Below are positions 59,706 through 64,000 of a DNA stretch of 64,000 nucleotides, in pieces (positions within the stretch are counted from its first letter, which is position 1; every line of letters begins with the position of its first letter). The stretch lies in contig NC_092388.1 in NCBI RefSeq assembly GCF_030028105.1, positions 9,448,508-9,512,507 on the forward strand. The letters are read 5' to 3'. Under the pieces are notes generated by a model. The model was not told the origin of the DNA and did not search any database. It was given only the letters and a program-made list of their open reading frames with translations. The position numbers and the translations under genes are program-made. Origin of the DNA: Mobula birostris. Taxonomy: Eukaryota.

Positions 59706-61149
59706 TAACTAACTGACTGACTGTAAGTGTTTGTGCTCTGATGCTCATCCTGGGTTAAGTATAACATCAGGGTTGATCTAGTCCAGTTCAGAATCAGATA
59801 GATTCCAGGGAGAAGGTTACATCAATGACTAGAGAATAAAGCTTGGTCTTTATGCTTTTTAGTATCTTGGAAAAGGAAGGGAGGATATCTTTAACAGGTG
59901 AGAAAATACTTTTAACTTAGTGCACACATACTGTATAGTTGCAGTCTCTTGGATTTAAAAAATTATCAGGTTGTCCATAACAGCACAAGTATTAAAACAT
60001 AGTTAGGCCATTCGGCCCATCAAATCTGCAACACCATTCCATTCATGGCTGAATTACCATCCCTCTCGACCCTATTCTCCAGCCTTCTCCTAATAACTAA
60101 TCAAGAACCCATCTACCCTTGCTTTAAATATGCCCAATGGTTTGGTCTTCACAGCCATCTGTGGCAATGAATTCCACAGTTTTACTACGCTCTGGCTAAA
60201 AAAAAAATTCACCTTCTTTAAGTATTCTTTGGATCAAATATAAAGAATTTGTTTGATTTTATGAATATTTATGTAGAATTCTGCCACCTTGTGCTGCATG
60301 TGTTTTATTACACATTAAGCTGACATATAGTCCGCCTAGAAACCCGCAAGTCTGGAAACTGTCGATAAAGTTACTTCCTGGTAGCAACCAAGTAAGATAA
60401 TGGGGCACAAATGTCAGAAGCAATCAGGTGACGTATCTTCCTAAGCAAAGAATAGACTGCTGTATTCATAGAACACAGAACAGCACAGTACAGCTGACAC
60501 TGCAGCTTTAAATTCCTTGGTATTAACATATCAGAGGATCTGTCCTGGGACCAGCACAAAAGAGGCTTCACAAAGGAAGCACAGCAGTGCCTCCACTTTC
60601 TTAGAAGTTCACATAGATTTGACATGTCACCAAAAATTTTGTCAATCTTCTCTTGATGCACAGTATGTTAACTGGTTGCACCACAGCCTGGTATGAAACC
60701 ACCAATGCTCAGGAATGGAAAGGGCTATAGAAAGTGGTGGATACAACCCAGTCCATCACAGGCAAAGTCCTCCCCTCCACTGAGCACGTCCGCATCATCA
60801 AAGACCCCCGCCATCCAGGCCACGTTCTCTTCTCACTACTGCAATCGGGCAGGAGGTAAAGAAGGTTTAGTTCTCACACCACCAGGTTCGGGAACAGTAA
60901 TTACCCTTCAACCACCAGGCTCCTGAACCAGCGTGGATAACTGCACTCACATCAACACTGAACTGATTCCACAACCTAGGGACTAGTGTTATTTACTTAC
61001 TTGTTTGTTATTATTATTTTTGTATTTGCACAGTTTGCCTTCTTTTGCACATTGGCTGTTTGTCAGTCTTTGTGTGTAGTTTATCATTGATTCTATTGTA
61101 TTTGTCTGTTTCACTGTGAATGCCTGCAATTAAGACAATCTTGGGGTAG

Positions 61150-61834
61150 TAGATTAGATTATGAGGACACTCAGTCCTCGTTTATTGTCATTTAGAAATG
61201 CATGCATTAAGAAATGATACGATGTTCCTCCAGAGTGATATCACAAAAAAAACAGGACAAACCAAAGACTAACACTGACAAGACCACATAATTATAACAT
61301 ATAGTTACAGCAGTGCAAAGCAATACCATAATTTGATAAAGAACAGACCATGGGCACGGTAAAAAAAAGTCTCAAAGTTCCGATTGACTCCCGATAGTCC
61401 CCGATAGCAGGTGACAAAAGTGAGAAACTCCCTGCCATAAACCTCTAGGCGCCGACAACTTGCCGATGCAGCACCCTGGAAGCACCCGACCACAGCCGAC
61501 TCTGAGTCCGTCCGAAAACTTCGAGCCTCCGACCAGCCCTCCGACACCGAGCACCGAGCACCATCCTCAACCGAGCGCTTCGATCCCGCTCTGGCCGCCG
61601 AGCAACAAGCAAAGCCAAGGACTCGGGGCCTTCTCCTCTGGAGATTCTGGATCACGCAGTAGCAGTGGCAGCGAAAAAGGCATTTCGGAAGTTTTACCAG
61701 ATGTTCCTCCGTTCTCTCACATCTGTCTCCATCAAATCAGGATTGTGCACGGCACCCTACTTGACAGATTACAGATACCATTCACCGGAGTGGCCGCTGG
61801 GCGCTGCGTCGCGTCGCCATCTTCTCCTCCTCCT
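61150..61834 (-). mobile_element. Full-length ~680-bp non-autonomous retroposon (subfamily B) inserted in a Rex/Babar 3' UTR
   Basis: Minus strand starts aggaggaggagaagatggcgacgcg and ends aataaacgaggactgagtgtcctcataatctaatcta. The host tail resumes at acatatgtacttgataataaa. Confidence 0.8.
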
Positions 61835-62967
61835 AACACATATGTACTTGATAATAAATGTTGAACTTTGATTATGGAGGGTCAGCTCACTGATGCCTTA
61901 CCCTGACATGAATGCGCCCTGCACATATACCTACCACACAAGCAGTGGAAGGGCAAGATTCCGCTTGCATTCTCTTCCTTTGGACTCTGCACTGGGATCT
62001 GAATGCAATATTGTTAATTTTAATTTTAAGCACCATATTATAAATTATTTAGTAAAGTTAACTTGTTTATCGTATAATATATTTATTTCTGGGAAATCTT
62101 TTGGAGATCGCTTAGCAAATGTAAAGGTAAAGTCAAAATTTTTCTGCGACCTGCTGATTTTAAGGGCACCAAATTAGTTGAAATATCTGCAGATGAAGAG
62201 CAGAAATGAGAAAAAAATGCTTCAATTATCCTGATGTGTATTATGTGAATGTACTGTGGAAATACATAGTTAAATAAAAATTGTAGTTCTTATTACACGT
62301 GTGAAGGTATTATTATCAGAACGACCTTGGGTTTTAAAGAAAATAATTACTGTGAAAGATTGCCTGAAGCATTTATACAATAGTTCAAAGGACACTTATT
62401 TGTTTCATTTTCCAGATCACCCATTTGATTAGCACGTGAGCAGATCTTGTGAGCCTAAGGGTGGATTGTATTTTTAATTAATTAATCTGATCAGAATCCC
62501 ACTGAAGGTGTAGTTCCCATTCCCTGGGATTCATCAGCACTGACCAATAAGTTAGCCAAGCGGAGAGTGAAAAAGCAGGGACACAATCTTTCAGCAACTT
62601 GTAACCCATAATTTCTATATTGCCAATAATTTCAAATGGTTCAACTAATGACCAGAGAATATATAGAATATAAAACTTGAAATTCTTACTCTTCACAGAC
62701 ATCTACAAAACAAGAAACTCCATTAAATGAATGATAGAAACATCAGAACCCTAAAATCTCCCTCCCCCCTTCCACAGTAAATACTTAACCATACTGTGTC
62801 TACCTCTTGTAAATGCAGTCAAAAGCCAAAAGCTATTAATGTTGGGTAATTTATAGTAAATTCTATGTATTGCACTGTATTTCTGTGCCTGTCGAAGAAT
62901 TTACCCTGATTTATGAATTTTACTGTAAAAGAATTTTGTTGCCAATTTACTGTGAGAGACTTTACTC

Positions 62968-63432
62968 TGTTAGGGAACAGAAATAAAGACGCAGACCTTG
63001 GTATAACGTTAACCCTTTAATACATGATCACGGGGAGCCGTTGCCTTACAACTCTGCCAATGTCAGGTTACATCTTAAACTTATGCAGTAAATTTTGGGC
63101 GAAAGCCAATAGCTAAACACACTCGGTCAGCGATTTCAAGAAACACTTGTTAGGCATCAGCAAGTCTACAAACATTCCCGCGCGATACACAACGTTAGAA
63201 TTGCACGCCTCCACTCAGTTCCTCTATTATCTAGACAGTCTCAGACAAAGGTTAACAATACGTCATCGCTGGTATGATCTATTTCTAGCTATTGTTAGCT
63301 CGCACAAGCAAGGCAGCATCTGCATCTTATCCTGTCACCTTCATGACCCAAGTCTCAAGCAATACTTAACTAGCCAAGCTTGACAACAAGATTTAATTGA
63401 AAATTTAATTTTCTTCTTAATTTTCTTCCACA
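62968..63432 (-). mobile_element. Putative solo LTR (~465 bp)
   Basis: CpG-richer block bounded by TG...CA (tgttaggg / ttccaca). The minus strand has attaaa near its 3' end followed by a U5-like tract ending taaca. No clean TSD seen. Confidence 0.4.
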
Positions 63433-64000
63433 GTCGCAAAGCAACTAATTTCGTGACATATAGTATACATGATCCTGATTCTGAAATGTTAGGATCTCGA
63501 AACTGGACACCATCGAGCTGTTTTTTCTCAAGTTTATGGTTTCTGATTTGTGCATTGTCTCTTGCTCCCCCTTCTCACGTTCCATCTCCTCATGTTTGGC
63601 TACTGCTGGATCTGTCATTGTTGCTGCTTTCAGGATCCCGCCACTGGCTATTCTGGGGATAGATACCAAAGTTTGAAGCCTGAGGGTTAATTGGAAGTCC
63701 AGAAATTGAAGCCAATGGCCGAACCCTGGAGACAGGACGATTGGGTGCCTGGGGTTGGAGGATCGGCCATATGTGTGTGGGTGGAAGGGAAGAAAAGGGC
63801 TGGCTTTGCTGCTGTTGTTTTGATGCTTGTCATGTTCAATTTCATTGCGCCCTGTGTTGTTCTGCTGAGCACTGTGAGCATGCTGTGCTGGCGATGGAAT
63901 GTATGACAGCACACATGGTTTGCCTGCAGCACATCCGGAGGAAATGGTGCATTTCACTGTATGTTCCAATGTACATATAATAAATAAACCTGAATCTGAA

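Noticed and set aside
63445-63969. 174-aa minus-strand ORF as a terminal exon of the next gene (e.g. CREB5)
   Set aside because: Its 5' half is SINE/repeat-derived and the rest does not resemble CREB5 or any protein I recognise.
1-64000. CRISPR arrays, operons or prokaryotic defence systems
   Set aside because: The sequence is vertebrate; no regularly spaced repeat-spacer array or bacterial-type gene cluster is present.

Overview
Vertebrate (eukaryotic) genomic DNA. It is most likely from an elasmobranch (shark or ray), judging by the HE1/V-SINE-type SINEs, abundant CR1, Rex/Babar and Penelope repeats; this is an inference. Two host genes can be supported, both on +. One is the terminal coding exon of the serine carboxypeptidase CPVL (2056-2157), which is too short for the ORF track. 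The other is the complete intronless TRIL gene (13018-15276; LRR-FN3-TM protein). This matches the CPVL-TRIL order I recall from mammals. The remaining ~60 kb is a dense, nested transposable-element landscape: CR1, L1, RTE, Rex/Babar, Penelope, tRNA-SINEs, a Buster/Charlie hAT, Tc1/mariner and solo LTRs. Almost all small ORFs in the track are fragments or antisense artefacts of these repeats. The most notable hidden structure is a minimal type I hammerhead ribozyme (CAGUC-CUGAUGA-stem II-GAAAC-GUC-GACUG) carried by more than a dozen Penelope pLTR copies, several arranged as fold-back pairs. Also notable are a palindromic site hit by two different SINEs (triple target duplication), a YY1-headed non-tRNA retroposon family, a MER1/Charlie3-like hAT element, and three unclassified families of locally duplicated non-coding segments. 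Family assignments are from motif recognition by eye, not database searches. Repeat boundaries are approximate unless a target-site duplication (TSD) is cited.
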